Below are positions 1 to 8,746 of a stretch of 24,260 nucleotides of DNA, in pieces (within the stretch, counting starts at the first letter, position 1; every line of letters begins with the position of its first letter). Made by a program: the position numbers and the translations under genes. The notes beneath the pieces were generated by a model. It was not told the DNA's origin, did no database searches, and saw nothing but the letters and a program-made list of their open reading frames with translations. Source of the DNA: Arcobacter sp. (GTDB taxonomy: Bacteria; Campylobacterota; Campylobacteria; Campylobacterales; Arcobacteraceae); NCBI GenBank assembly GCA_965662175.1, contig CBFIGT010000025.1, positions 1-24,260 on the forward strand, written 5' to 3'.

Positions 1-352
1 CTCTAGTGTTTCCAAATAGAAGTGAACTTATCATAAATACTAAAAAGATATACCAAAAAATAGTGTATAAATTTAAATAGTGAAGTCCACTATGTGATTG
101 TACTTTTTCCTTATTGATGATTAAAAAAGGTAAATATGAAAGCATCAAAGGAACAAAACCATAAAGCACTAAACTAATATGAAGTGAACGTACATTTGAT
201 GGTAATAAAGTATCTGATGGTATGGAAAATCCAAGCAAATTAATTGAGTATAAAATACCAAAAAATAGTGCTAAAAATAAAAACAGTAATGATATTTTAA
301 AGTGTCTATTTACGAAAGCATCGAAATCGTAAAAACTATTTTGTTTGTCCAT
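1..352 (-). CDS. Polytopic membrane protein resembling the N-terminus of heme-copper oxidase/NO reductase subunit I; runs off the left edge
   Basis: Not in the ORF track. ATG at 352 overlaps the ATPase gene end by 17 bp and the frame stays open to the window edge: MDKQNSFYDFDAFVNRHFKISLLFLFLALFFGILYSINLLGFSIPSDTLLPSNVRSLHISLVLYGFVPLMLSYLPF...FWYIFLVFMISSLLFGNTR. Three hydrophobic segments; R-x-L-H after the first helix resembles the CcoN/NorB helix II heme-ligand motif. The ORF is solid, the product tentative. Confidence 0.6.
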   Translation of the reverse strand, partial: MDKQNSFYDFDAFVNRHFKISLLFLFLALFFGILYSINLLGFSIPSDTLLPSNVRSLHISLVLYGFVPLMLSYLPFLIINKEKVQSHSGLHYLNLYTIFWYIFLVFMISSLLFGNTR

Positions 353-971
353 CTTTTACCTCAATTATTCTATCTGCTAATTTTGCTAACTCTTTATTAT
401 GAGTTGCAACTACTATTGTCATACCTTCATTTGATAGTTTTTTAAACATATCAAAAACTATTTGTGCATTTTTAGAGTCTAAATTTCCAGTTGGTTCATC
501 TGCAAAAAGAACTTTTGGATTGTTTATTAAAGCTCTTGCTATTGCAACTCTTTGTCTTTGTCCTCCTGAAATCTCTGTTGGAAACTTAGTAGTTAAATTT
601 TTGATGTCAAGTTTTAATAAAAGCTCTTCAATATCTTTTTTACTTGACTTTTCATTTGCTAGTTTTATATTTTCAAAAACATTTAGATAATTGATTAGAT
701 AATGAAACTGAAAAATAAAACCAATATTCTTTTGTCTAAAACTATCTATGTTTTGAATATTTGTATAATCAATTTTTTCAAATCTTAATTCACCACTTTT
801 GGGTTTTAGAAGTGTTGAAAGAGTTGAAAGTAGAGTTGTTTTCCCACTTCCACTTTCACCAATCAAGCAAATAAATTCGCCTTTTTGAATAGCTAAATCA
901 ATATTTTTTAATGCAATATCTCCATTGTAATCATGGCTAATATTTGAAGCTTTTATAATAGGAGTACTCAT
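336..971 (-). CDS. ABC transporter ATP-binding protein (LolD/MacB/SalX-type)
   Basis: Walker A GESGSGKT, GFIFQFHYL, signature ISGGQRQRVAIARAL, Walker B LFADEPTGNLD, H-loop VATHN; 4-bp overlap with the permease stop. Confidence 0.95.
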   Translation of the reverse strand: MSTPIIKASNISHDYNGDIALKNIDLAIQKGEFICLIGESGSGKTTLLSTLSTLLKPKSGELRFEKIDYTNIQNIDSFRQKNIGFIFQFHYLINYLNVFENIKLANEKSSKKDIEELLLKLDIKNLTTKFPTEISGGQRQRVAIARALINNPKVLFADEPTGNLDSKNAQIVFDMFKKLSNEGMTIVVATHNKELAKLADRIIEVKDGQTK

Positions 972-2050
972 ATTTTATCCCCTTGCATTAAAATAATAGG
1001 GTCAACTTTTGAAGCATTAAGTGCTGGAATAATTGAGCCTAAAATTGCCATTGTAATTGAGCAAATGAATAGATATAAAGCTAGTGTTGATGATATTTCT
1101 CCATTTACATAGCCATGAAATAGTGATGAACTTTTTATAAAATATAGGGCAAACCAAGAGATTATAAAAGCACTTACAAATGAAAAAACACCCAAAATAG
1201 AACTTTCAATCATGATTTGTGCAACTATTTTTTTAGTTGAAATTCCTATGGCTCTTTTTATACCAAACTCTGCTTTTCTTTGATTTATTGTAATACTCAT
1301 AATACTAACGATTCCAAGTAGTCCCATACAAAATGAGATTAAACCTATAAGATTTGATGAGGTTTTGATAATTTTAAACTGGTTATAGTTATCAACAAAA
1401 TTTTGTGTTGATTTAACTTCTATTTCAGTGCTCAATGCTTGAATATCATTTGAAAGTCTATTTATGTCAGTATCGATTTTACTATTTACCATAATCATTG
1501 AAGCACTTTTATTAAAAATGCTACTTGCATCACTTATATTTAAAACAACTCCACCATTTTCAAAACCAATTTCACTCTCATAAACACCTGAGATATTAAA
1601 CTTTTTATCAGCTATTTGAATAGTTTTTTTATTTTTTAGTGATTTATAAATTGATTTTCCAACTAATACTTCACCAAACTTTGGATAAGAGTTTTCTACT
1701 AATTTATAGTTTTCAAATCTATTTTTTGTAACACCATAAATAGCAACAATTGGTAACTCTTCAACAGGACTTGCACCAACTATTATGGCTGAGACTTTTT
1801 GTATATTTTCTAGTTTTGTGATTTTATCAATTAATTTAATATCTACATTTGAAAAAAATGTATCAGAGATTTTTGCTTGGGTGATTATTATATCTCCATC
1901 ACTTTTTAACATATTTGAGTACATAGAGATAACACCATTTGAAATAGAGCTTATTAAAAAGATAGAAGTGATTGAAAATATTAGACTTAGATATATAAGT
2001 ATTGTTTTTAATCTATTTGCTTTTAAAGCTTTCAAAGATATTGATAACAT
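968..2050 (-). CDS. ABC transporter permease, FtsX/MacB family
   Basis: N-terminal TM, large soluble loop, then three C-terminal TMs with QRKAEFGIKRAIG and IIPALNASKVDPI motifs typical of FtsX-like permeases; RBS AAGGA upstream. Confidence 0.92.
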   Translation of the reverse strand: MLSISLKALKANRLKTILIYLSLIFSITSIFLISSISNGVISMYSNMLKSDGDIIITQAKISDTFFSNVDIKLIDKITKLENIQKVSAIIVGASPVEELPIVAIYGVTKNRFENYKLVENSYPKFGEVLVGKSIYKSLKNKKTIQIADKKFNISGVYESEIGFENGGVVLNISDASSIFNKSASMIMVNSKIDTDINRLSNDIQALSTEIEVKSTQNFVDNYNQFKIIKTSSNLIGLISFCMGLLGIVSIMSITINQRKAEFGIKRAIGISTKKIVAQIMIESSILGVFSFVSAFIISWFALYFIKSSSLFHGYVNGEISSTLALYLFICSITMAILGSIIPALNASKVDPIILMQGDKI

Positions 2051-2077
2051 CTATTTCCTTTTTTATTTTAGGAAATA

Positions 2078-2116
2078 TATGATTTTTATATGAAAGCTTT
2101 ATGAATAGAATATGAA
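2078..2116 (-). promoter_or_regulatory. Four direct repeats TATGA(A) at exact 11-bp period upstream of the ABC operon; candidate OmpR/PhoB-family regulator site
   Basis: TATGAT at 2078 and TATGAA at 2089, 2100 and 2111 (TTCATA on the minus strand); a fifth, inverted copy TTCATA at 2123-2128. Confidence 0.55.
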
Positions 2117-2145
2117 AAAAAATTCATATTTCTATTTTTTTGTTT

Positions 2146-3063
2146 TTAAAAGATTGAAAATCCTGTTTTTGTAGTAAATAGCTCTAAAGCTTTTGTTCCC
2201 ACTAAAGAGTTTCCTTGAGAGTTTAGTTTTGGACTATAAACACAAATTGCCATTTTTTTAGGAACAATTGCAACTATTCCTCCACCAACACCACTTTTCC
2301 CAGGAAGTCCTACTTTAAAGGCAAAATCACCACTTGCATCATAATGACCACAAGTTAACATTAGTGAGTTAATTCTTTTTGCTTGGGGAGCTGTTATTAT
2401 TACCTCTTTTGTAAGCGGATTAATACCATGATTTGCTAAAAAAAGCATAGAGCGTGCTAGTTGTCTTGTATTCATCATAATTGAGCATTGTTTAAAATAT
2501 GTTTTAATTACTAAATCAATATCATTTTTTATATTATCAAAGCTTTTCATCATATTTATAAGTGCAAAATTTCTAAAACCATGGGATAATTCAGAGTTAA
2601 ATATCTCTTCATCAAAGTTTAATGATGGGCAGTTTGATGCTTTTTTGATAAACTCAAGTATAGTTTCGAAGCTATTACTTCCATAAAGTGAAACTAATGA
2701 ATCAGTTGTAACTATAGCACCTGCATTGATAAAGGGATTTCTAGGAATTCCTTTTTCGTACTCAAGTTGAACCAAAGAGTTAAAGGGATTTCCTGAGGGT
2801 TCATGACCAACTCTTTTGTATAACTCTTTTCCATATTTTTCTAAAGCAATAGTAAAAGTAAAAACTTTTGAAATACTTTGAATAGAAAAAGCTTTTTCGG
2901 AACATCCAATATGATACTCATCACCATCTACTGTAATTAAACTCATGGCAAAGCCATTTTCATCAACATCTTTTAGCATTGGAATATAATCAGGAAGTTT
3001 ACCCTCTTTTAAAAATGCTTGAATTTCGCTTTTAATCTCTTTTAATATTACATTATAGTCCAT
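2146..3063 (-). CDS. glsA: Glutaminase
   Basis: FSIQSISKVF (catalytic S-x-x-K), EPSGNPFNS, PRNPFINAGAI, GLPGKSGVGGGI; 305 aa is typical. Confidence 0.96.
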   Translation of the reverse strand: MDYNVILKEIKSEIQAFLKEGKLPDYIPMLKDVDENGFAMSLITVDGDEYHIGCSEKAFSIQSISKVFTFTIALEKYGKELYKRVGHEPSGNPFNSLVQLEYEKGIPRNPFINAGAIVTTDSLVSLYGSNSFETILEFIKKASNCPSLNFDEEIFNSELSHGFRNFALINMMKSFDNIKNDIDLVIKTYFKQCSIMMNTRQLARSMLFLANHGINPLTKEVIITAPQAKRINSLMLTCGHYDASGDFAFKVGLPGKSGVGGGIVAIVPKKMAICVYSPKLNSQGNSLVGTKALELFTTKTGFSIF

Positions 3064-3086
3064 AAATTCTCTTTGGTATTTTTGTT

Positions 3087-3092
3087 ATTATA
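3087..3092 (-). promoter_or_regulatory. Probable sigma70 -10 box for glsA
   Basis: ATTATA on + equals TATAAT on -, 23 bp upstream of the glsA ATG in the divergent spacer. Confidence 0.5.
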
Positions 3093-3120
3093 TTGTAAAT
3101 TTACTTCAAATAAGTGATGT

Positions 3121-3143
3121 TTTAAGAGATTTTTAGGTATAAT
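3121..3143 (+). promoter_or_regulatory. Probable sigma70 promoter for typA
   Basis: TATAAT at 3138-3143 preceded by periodic T-tracts and TTTAAG (3121), the Campylobacterota promoter style. Confidence 0.6.
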
Positions 3144-3170
3144 CGCGAAAAATTAATATAAAGAGAACAA

Positions 3171-4988
3171 ATGAGAGATATTAGAAATATTGCGGTAATT
3201 GCACACGTTGACCACGGTAAAACTACTTTAGTTGATGAGTTATTAAAGCAATCAGGAACTTTCGCAGCACATACACAAGTTGATGAGAGAGTTATGGATA
3301 GTAATGCTATTGAAAAAGAGAGAGGTATTACTATTCTTTCTAAAAATACTGCGATTGATTACGAGGGTGTAAGAATTAACATCATCGACACTCCAGGCCA
3401 TGCTGACTTTGGTGGTGAGGTTGAGAGGGTTTTAAAAATGGTTGATTCTGTTTTATTACTTGTTGATGCTCAAGAGGGTGTTATGCCTCAAACTAAGTTT
3501 GTTGTTAAAAAAGCTTTACAATTAGGTCATAGACCAATCGTTGTTGTAAATAAAATTGACAAACCAGGTGGAGAGCCTGATAGAGTTGTTGATGAAGTAT
3601 TTGACCTATTTGCTCAAATGGATGCAACAGAAGAGCAATTAGAATTCCCAGTTGTTTATGCAGCTGCAAGAGATGGTTATGCAAAACTAGATTTAGAAGA
3701 TGAAAATAAAGATTTAACTCCATTATTCCAAACTATTTTAACAGAAGTTCCAAAACCAAAAGGTGCTGATGAAAATGGTTTACAACTTCAAGTATTTACT
3801 CTTGATTACGATAACTTTATTGGTAAAATCGGTATTGCTAGAATCTTTAATGGAACAATCTCTATGGGTGAAACTGTAGTTTTAGTTAAAGCTGATGGTG
3901 AAAAAGTTAAAGGTAGAGTTTCTAAACTTATTGGATTTAAAGGTATGGATAGATTTGATATCAAAACAGCAGGTACTGGTGATATTGTTGCTGTTGCTGG
4001 TTTTGAAACTATTGATGTTGGAGATTCACTTTGTGATCCTACTAACCCAATGCCACTAGATCCTATGCATATTGAAGAGCCTACGTTATCTGTAACATTT
4101 GCTGTAAATGATTCTCCATTAGCAGGAACTGAGGGTAAATTTGTAACTTCAAATAAAATCAATGAAAGATTATCTGCTGAAATGAATACTAATATTGCTA
4201 TGACTTATGAGCAAATTGGTGAGGGTAAATTTAAAGTTAACGGAAGAGGTGAGTTACAAATTTGTATCTTAGCTGAAAACATGAGAAGAGAAGGTTTTGA
4301 GTTTTGTATTGGAAGACCTGAAGTTATTATTAAAGAAGAGAATGGTGTTAAAATGGAGCCATTTGAGCATTTAGTTATTGATACTCCAGATGAATTCTCA
4401 GGTGCAATTATTGAAAAACTAGGAAAAAGAAAAGCTAGTATGACAAATATGGTACCAATGGGTGAGGGTTATACAAGAGTTGAGTTTGAAATTCCTGCAC
4501 GTGGATTAATTGGTATTAGAACAGAGTTCTTAACTGAAACAAAAGGTGAGGGTGTTATGAACCACTCATTCTTAGATTTTAGACCACACTCAGGTATTGT
4601 TGAATCTAGAAAATATGGAGCACTTGTATCTATGGAAAATGGAGAAGCTTTAGGTTACTCTATTTTTAACTTACAAGAAAGAGGGGTTATGTTTATTAAA
4701 CCTCAAGATAAAGTATATGTAGGTATGGTTGTTGGACAACATGCTAAAGATAATGATTTAGATGTTAATCCTATTAAAGGAAAACAACAATCAAACGTAA
4801 GATCATCAGGTGCTGATGAGGCTATTAAATTAGTTCCACCAAGAAATATGTCTTTAGAGAATGCTTTAGAGTGGATTGAAGAGGATGAGCTTGTTGAAGT
4901 TACTCCTAAATCTATTAGAGTTAGAAAAAGAGAGCTTGACCCAACTTCAAGAAAAAGAGCTGCAAAAAAAGCTAAATTTGCTGAATAG
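3171..4988 (+). CDS. typA: Translational GTPase TypA/BipA
   Basis: [43 protein letters not shown] and BipA C-terminal [16 protein letters not shown]; 605 aa. Confidence 0.98.
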   Translation: MRDIRNIAVIAHVDHGKTTLVDELLKQSGTFAAHTQVDERVMDSNAIEKERGITILSKNTAIDYEGVRINIIDTPGHADFGGEVERVLKMVDSVLLLVDAQEGVMPQTKFVVKKALQLGHRPIVVVNKIDKPGGEPDRVVDEVFDLFAQMDATEEQLEFPVVYAAARDGYAKLDLEDENKDLTPLFQTILTEVPKPKGADENGLQLQVFTLDYDNFIGKIGIARIFNGTISMGETVVLVKADGEKVKGRVSKLIGFKGMDRFDIKTAGTGDIVAVAGFETIDVGDSLCDPTNPMPLDPMHIEEPTLSVTFAVNDSPLAGTEGKFVTSNKINERLSAEMNTNIAMTYEQIGEGKFKVNGRGELQICILAENMRREGFEFCIGRPEVIIKEENGVKMEPFEHLVIDTPDEFSGAIIEKLGKRKASMTNMVPMGEGYTRVEFEIPARGLIGIRTEFLTETKGEGVMNHSFLDFRPHSGIVESRKYGALVSMENGEALGYSIFNLQERGVMFIKPQDKVYVGMVVGQHAKDNDLDVNPIKGKQQSNVRSSGADEAIKLVPPRNMSLENALEWIEEDELVEVTPKSIRVRKRELDPTSRKRAAKKAKFAE

Positions 4989-5006
4989 AGTCTATATACT
5001 ACTTCG

Positions 5007-5042
5007 AAAAAAGGGAAAGATTTTAACTCTTTCCCTTTTTTT
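5007..5042 (+). terminator. Rho-independent terminator of typA
   Basis: AAAAAAGGGAAAGA-TTTTAAC-TCTTTCCCTTTTTTT; perfect stem plus T-tract, 18 bp after the stop. Confidence 0.88.
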
Positions 5043-5053
5043 ATCTATAAATA

Positions 5054-5080
5054 TTAGCACTTAAGTTAATAAATTGCTAA
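5054..5080. promoter_or_regulatory. CIRCE-like HrcA operator 1
   Basis: TTAGCACTT-N9-AATTGCTAA versus consensus TTAGCACTC-N9-GAGTGCTAA; upstream of a heat-shock gene. Confidence 0.75.
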
Positions 5081-5085
5081 AAATA

Positions 5086-5112
5086 TTAGCACTATATATT
5101 GACAAGTGCTAA
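5086..5112. promoter_or_regulatory. CIRCE HrcA operator 2, overlapping the -35 box
   Basis: TTAGCACTA-N9-AAGTGCTAA, 8/9 match in each arm with exact spacing. Confidence 0.88.
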
Positions 5113-5128
5113 AATAATTTGTTATAAT
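5099..5128 (+). promoter_or_regulatory. sigma70 promoter of the hsp20 gene
   Basis: TTGACA (5099-5104), 18-bp spacer, TATAAT (5123-5128) with extended -10 TG at 5120-5121. Confidence 0.85.
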
Positions 5129-5132
5129 TACA

Positions 5133-5159
5133 TTACTTGATAAGAAACTTATCAAGTAA
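5133..5159. promoter_or_regulatory. Perfect 12-bp inverted repeat at the predicted transcription start; HAIR-like (HspR) operator and/or 5' stem-loop
   Basis: TTACTTGATAAG-AAA-CTTATCAAGTAA; the core CTTGATA-N7-TATCAAG matches the geometry of HAIR CTTGAGT-N7-ACTCAAG (5/7 per arm). Confidence 0.55.
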
Positions 5160-5184
5160 AATCTTAGATTATAAGGAGTAGGTA

Positions 5185-5598
5185 ATGTTAGTAACAAGAT
5201 TTGATCCTTTTAAACAAATAAGGGATTTAGAAAAAAATTTATATACGTATCCTTCAAATGAAGGTGTAAGTGGTTTTGTACCAATTGTTAATACAAGAGA
5301 GGGTGAGTTTGCTTATCACATAGATGCTGATTTACCTGGAGTTAGCAAAGAGGATATAAAAGTTGATATTCATAAAGGTGTTTTAACAATATCAGGTGAA
5401 AGAAAAACAAAAAATGAGATAAAAGAGGAAGATTATTATAAGCTTGAAACTTCATTTGGAAAATTTTCTAGAAGTTTTACTTTACCAGATAATGCTGATA
5501 TTGAAAATATAGAAGCTGCAAGTGATAATGGTGTTTTAGAAGTTGTAATTCCAAAACTTAGTGAAGAGAAACATAAGAAAATTATAAATATTAAATAA
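5185..5598 (+). CDS. Small heat-shock protein, Hsp20/alpha-crystallin family
   Basis: ADLPGVSKEDIKV, LTISGERK, FGKFSRSFTLP, NGVLEVVIPK; RBS AAGGAG; 137 aa. Confidence 0.96.
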   Translation: MLVTRFDPFKQIRDLEKNLYTYPSNEGVSGFVPIVNTREGEFAYHIDADLPGVSKEDIKVDIHKGVLTISGERKTKNEIKEEDYYKLETSFGKFSRSFTLPDNADIENIEAASDNGVLEVVIPKLSEEKHKKIINIK

Positions 5599-5665
5599 AC
5601 AAGGAGTTTTTCAATTTTTATTTAATTTCTTATCATTGTATAAATTTTAGCATATTTTTTTGAGT

Positions 5666-5700
5666 AAAGGGGAAGATTTTTTATCTTTCCCTTTTTTTTT
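5666..5700 (+). terminator. Rho-independent terminator of hsp20
   Basis: AAAGGGGAAGAT-TTTTT-ATCTTTCCCTTT with one G:U pair, ending in a 9-T run. Confidence 0.85.
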
Positions 5701-5767
5701 GCTTAAGACTTTATACCTTTTTTATATGAATAGTAATAAAATTTACCATACATTTAGGAGGTGCTAA

Positions 5768-7132
5768 TTGTTAGACAATAAAAATGTAATTACGGATATA
5801 TTTTGGGATGTATTTTCAACTCAAGATAGACAAAAAATAGATGAATTTAAAAAGTATATGGATAAATTCGCTGTTAATTTCAATCTTTATAAAGATGGAA
5901 ATTTTATAGAAAGGTCACTTCCTTTTGATGTAATTCCTAGAATTATAGAGACAAAGGAGTTTGATAAAATTGATAGGGGATTAAGCCAAAGAATAAAGGC
6001 TTTAAATCTATTTTTAGAAGATTTATACACAGATAAAAAAATCTTAAAAGATAAGGTTATTCCTGAAGAGTTTATATATCAAGCAAAAGGCTTTTTAAAA
6101 GAGTTGGAAGGTTTTTCACCCTCTAAAAAACTTAGAACACATATTAATGGAATAGATTTAGTAAAAGATACAGTATCAAATGAATGGGTTATTTTAGAAG
6201 ATAATTTAAGAGTTCCTAGTGGAGCTAGTTATCCTTTATCTATAAGAGATACATACAGAAAACTATATCCTGAATTTTTTGAAAAACTAAAAATTAAGCC
6301 TATTAAAGATTATGCCTCACTTTTAGAAAACTCAATGAATCATGTGAATTGTGGTGGAATAAATGTTGTTTTAACTCCAGGTAGATTTAATTCAGCTTAT
6401 TATGAACACACTTATTTAGCAAAACAAATAGGTGCTCAATTAGTAAGAAGTAATGAGTTAAAAGTAGAAAATAAAGTTTTATATTTTAAAAACTATGATG
6501 GTCGAAAAATAAGAGTTGGTTCTGTTTATAGAAGATTAGATGATGAATTTTTAGACCCAAAATATTTTAATGAAGATAGTTTAATTGGAGTTCCAGGAAT
6601 TATGGAAGCCTATTTAGCTGGAAATGTTGCAATTATGAATGCACCTGGAAATGGTGTTGCTGATGATAAGGGTATTTACTATTTTGTTCCTAAGATGATT
6701 AAGTATTATTTAGGAGAAGAAGCAATATTAAGCAATGCGCCAACTTATTTACCATATTTTGAAGAAGATAAAAAATATATCTTTGATAATATTGAAAAAT
6801 TAGTAATTAAAGATGTGGCAGAAGCTGGTGGTTATGGTGTTATGTTTGGACATGCTATGAGTAAAATTCAATTAGAAGATTTAAAAACTATTATATCTGC
6901 ACATCCAAGAAGATTTATAGCTCAAGAGTTAATAGAGTTTTATGATGAAGAGTGTTATTTAAATAATGAAATTGTTCCTAGAAAAGCAGATTTTAGAGCT
7001 TATGTAGTTATGGATGAAGAACCAAGAGTTTGGAAATGTGGACTTACAAGATATGCAATGGAAGCTGGTAATTATTTAGTTAATTCATCACAAGGTGGTG
7101 GATTTAAAGATACATGGGTTATGGAGGCTTAA
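5768..7132 (+). CDS. Circularly permuted type 2 ATP-grasp protein (DUF404/DUF407-like), catalytic motif intact
   Basis: ERSLPFDVIPRII, GLSQRIKALNLFLEDLY, GIDLV, VILEDNLRVPSGASY, VVLTPGRFNSAYYEH, YRRLDDEFLDP, NAPGNGVADDK, VNSSQGGGFKDTWV; TTG start with AGGAGG at 5756-5761. Confidence 0.93.
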   Translation: MLDNKNVITDIFWDVFSTQDRQKIDEFKKYMDKFAVNFNLYKDGNFIERSLPFDVIPRIIETKEFDKIDRGLSQRIKALNLFLEDLYTDKKILKDKVIPEEFIYQAKGFLKELEGFSPSKKLRTHINGIDLVKDTVSNEWVILEDNLRVPSGASYPLSIRDTYRKLYPEFFEKLKIKPIKDYASLLENSMNHVNCGGINVVLTPGRFNSAYYEHTYLAKQIGAQLVRSNELKVENKVLYFKNYDGRKIRVGSVYRRLDDEFLDPKYFNEDSLIGVPGIMEAYLAGNVAIMNAPGNGVADDKGIYYFVPKMIKYYLGEEAILSNAPTYLPYFEEDKKYIFDNIEKLVIKDVAEAGGYGVMFGHAMSKIQLEDLKTIISAHPRRFIAQELIEFYDEECYLNNEIVPRKADFRAYVVMDEEPRVWKCGLTRYAMEAGNYLVNSSQGGGFKDTWVMEA

Positions 7133-7133
7133 T

Positions 7134-7799
7134 ATGGTTCAGTTATTAACAGCAAATGTTGCATCAAATCTTTATTGGTTTGGAAGATATTTAGAGAGAA
7201 TTGAAGCTACATTGGTGGAAGTGGTTAGTACTTTTGATAAAATAATTGATTTAGATAAAGATGCTGGAAAAAAACTTTATAAAAAGTTTGATATCAATAT
7301 TGATTATAATAACTCAAGAGAGTTTTTAGATGTTGCTATATTTGGAGAGCATGAAGCAAATATGAATCAGCTAATGGAGTTTGCACGTGAAAATGCAATT
7401 ATTAGTAGAGCCTCAATGGATACAGAAGCTTTTGGTTCAGTAATTGAGCTATCTGATGTATTTAGAAATGCTAATAATAGTGGTTTTTGGATTGATTTTA
7501 ATTTTATTGATCATGTATTATCATTAATAAGTGAGATTTGGGGTGAATTAACAAGAAATCAAAAAAGAAATACAAGTGATTATTTTATAAGACTTGGTAA
7601 ATTAGTTGAAAAAGCAGATTTACATTTAAGACTTGAAAAAGATAAAGAGTTTTCTTTGGTTGTTATGGATGAAATAGATACTATTGTTTCTATATTATCT
7701 CCTGATTCTGAATTTACATCTTATGATGAAAATGAGAGTTATGAGACTATCTTAAACTCAATGAATAGTAAAATAAATAAAATTATTGTAGTAGACTAA
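7134..7799 (+). CDS. Alpha-E domain protein (DUF403-like), short form
   Basis: VASNLYWFGRYLERIE, ARENA and FIRLGKLVEKAD are alpha-E motifs. Start moved from 7095 to ATG 7134, 1 bp after the ATP-grasp stop, with GGAGG at 7123-7127; 221 aa. Confidence 0.9.
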   Translation: MVQLLTANVASNLYWFGRYLERIEATLVEVVSTFDKIIDLDKDAGKKLYKKFDINIDYNNSREFLDVAIFGEHEANMNQLMEFARENAIISRASMDTEAFGSVIELSDVFRNANNSGFWIDFNFIDHVLSLISEIWGELTRNQKRNTSDYFIRLGKLVEKADLHLRLEKDKEFSLVVMDEIDTIVSILSPDSEFTSYDENESYETILNSMNSKINKIIVVD

Positions 7800-7801
7800 T
7801 A

Positions 7802-8746
7802 ATGAAAACAATTGAAGTTTTTAACTCACAACTTCCAGTTGGTGAAAAATTAACTATTAAAAGAACTAGATTTGAAGCTAAAAAACTAAATAAAAATAGT
7901 AAAAGAATTTCAATAGTAAGTGGTATTCATGGTGATGAACTTGAGGGTCAACTTGTAATCTTTTTATTAGCAAATTGGTTAAATGAGAATATGGATAAAT
8001 TAAATGGAATAGTAGATATTTATCCATCAATAAACTCTTTAGGTGTGGATACAATAACTAGAACTTTTCCATCTTATGATGTGGATTTAAATAGAGCTTT
8101 TCCAGGTGGTGAAGATGATTTTTTACCAGGTCAAGTTGTTCATGCTTTAGCACAAGATGTAAAGGGTAGTGATATTGCTATTGATATTCATTCAAGTAAT
8201 ATTTTTTTAAGAGAGATTCCTCAAATTAGAATAAATAAAGAGTTCTCAAAATCAACTTTACCTTTGGCAAAAAAGTTAAATTGTGATTTTATTTGGATTC
8301 ATGATGCTGTTACAGTTTTAGAAGCTACTTTTTCACATACAATGAACTCAATGGGAACAAAAACGCTTGTTGTTGAAATGGGTGTTGGAATGAGACTTAC
8401 AAAAGCATATGGAACACAACTTTTAAATGGTATTTTAAATCTTATGAAAGAAGAAGGAATTATTAAGTGCGATGAGGAGTTTGAAAATAGAGAAGCTTTC
8501 TCTTCTGAAATAGGGGATGTATTTTATTTAAACTCTCCTAGAAGTGGACTATTTGTTCCTAGCTTAGACCACTGTGCTATTATTAAAAAAGGTGATAAAA
8601 TTGGTGATATAGTTGACCCTTTAAAAGGTGCTGTTTTAGCTACCTTAGAAGCTCCTAATGATGGTATTTTATTTACACTACGAGAATATCCAGTAGTTTA
8701 TGAGGGTTCATTACTTGCAAGAATTTTTGGAGAAAAAAGTGAATAA
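7802..8746 (+). CDS. M14 family zinc hydrolase (succinylglutamate desuccinylase/aspartoacylase-like), active-site motifs intact
   Basis: SGIHGDE (HxxE), DLNRAFPG, IDIHS, VVEMG catalytic Glu, and C-terminal barrel-sandwich segment (GDKIGDIVDP...APNDG). Confidence 0.92.
   Translation: MKTIEVFNSQLPVGEKLTIKRTRFEAKKLNKNSKRISIVSGIHGDELEGQLVIFLLANWLNENMDKLNGIVDIYPSINSLGVDTITRTFPSYDVDLNRAFPGGEDDFLPGQVVHALAQDVKGSDIAIDIHSSNIFLREIPQIRINKEFSKSTLPLAKKLNCDFIWIHDAVTVLEATFSHTMNSMGTKTLVVEMGVGMRLTKAYGTQLLNGILNLMKEEGIIKCDEEFENREAFSSEIGDVFYLNSPRSGLFVPSLDHCAIIKKGDKIGDIVDPLKGAVLATLEAPNDGILFTLREYPVVYEGSLLARIFGEKSE

Noticed and set aside
1785..2093. 102-aa ORF on + strand
   Set aside because: Antisense shadow of the ABC permease with no recognisable motif.
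2105..2141. AT-rich hairpin as the glsA terminator
   Set aside because: The T-tract is on the + strand, wrong for glsA; the stem is weak and explained by the inverted TTCATA copy.
3505..4162. Two minus-strand ORFs (3505-3723, 3806-4162)
   Set aside because: Lie wholly antisense within typA; no motifs, expected shadow ORFs.
4876..5064. 62-aa + strand ORF
   Set aside because: Alternative frame of the typA 3' end that runs through the terminator.
5137..5155. TTGAT...ATCAA as an FNR/Crp box
   Set aside because: Spacer is 9 bp, not the 4 bp required.
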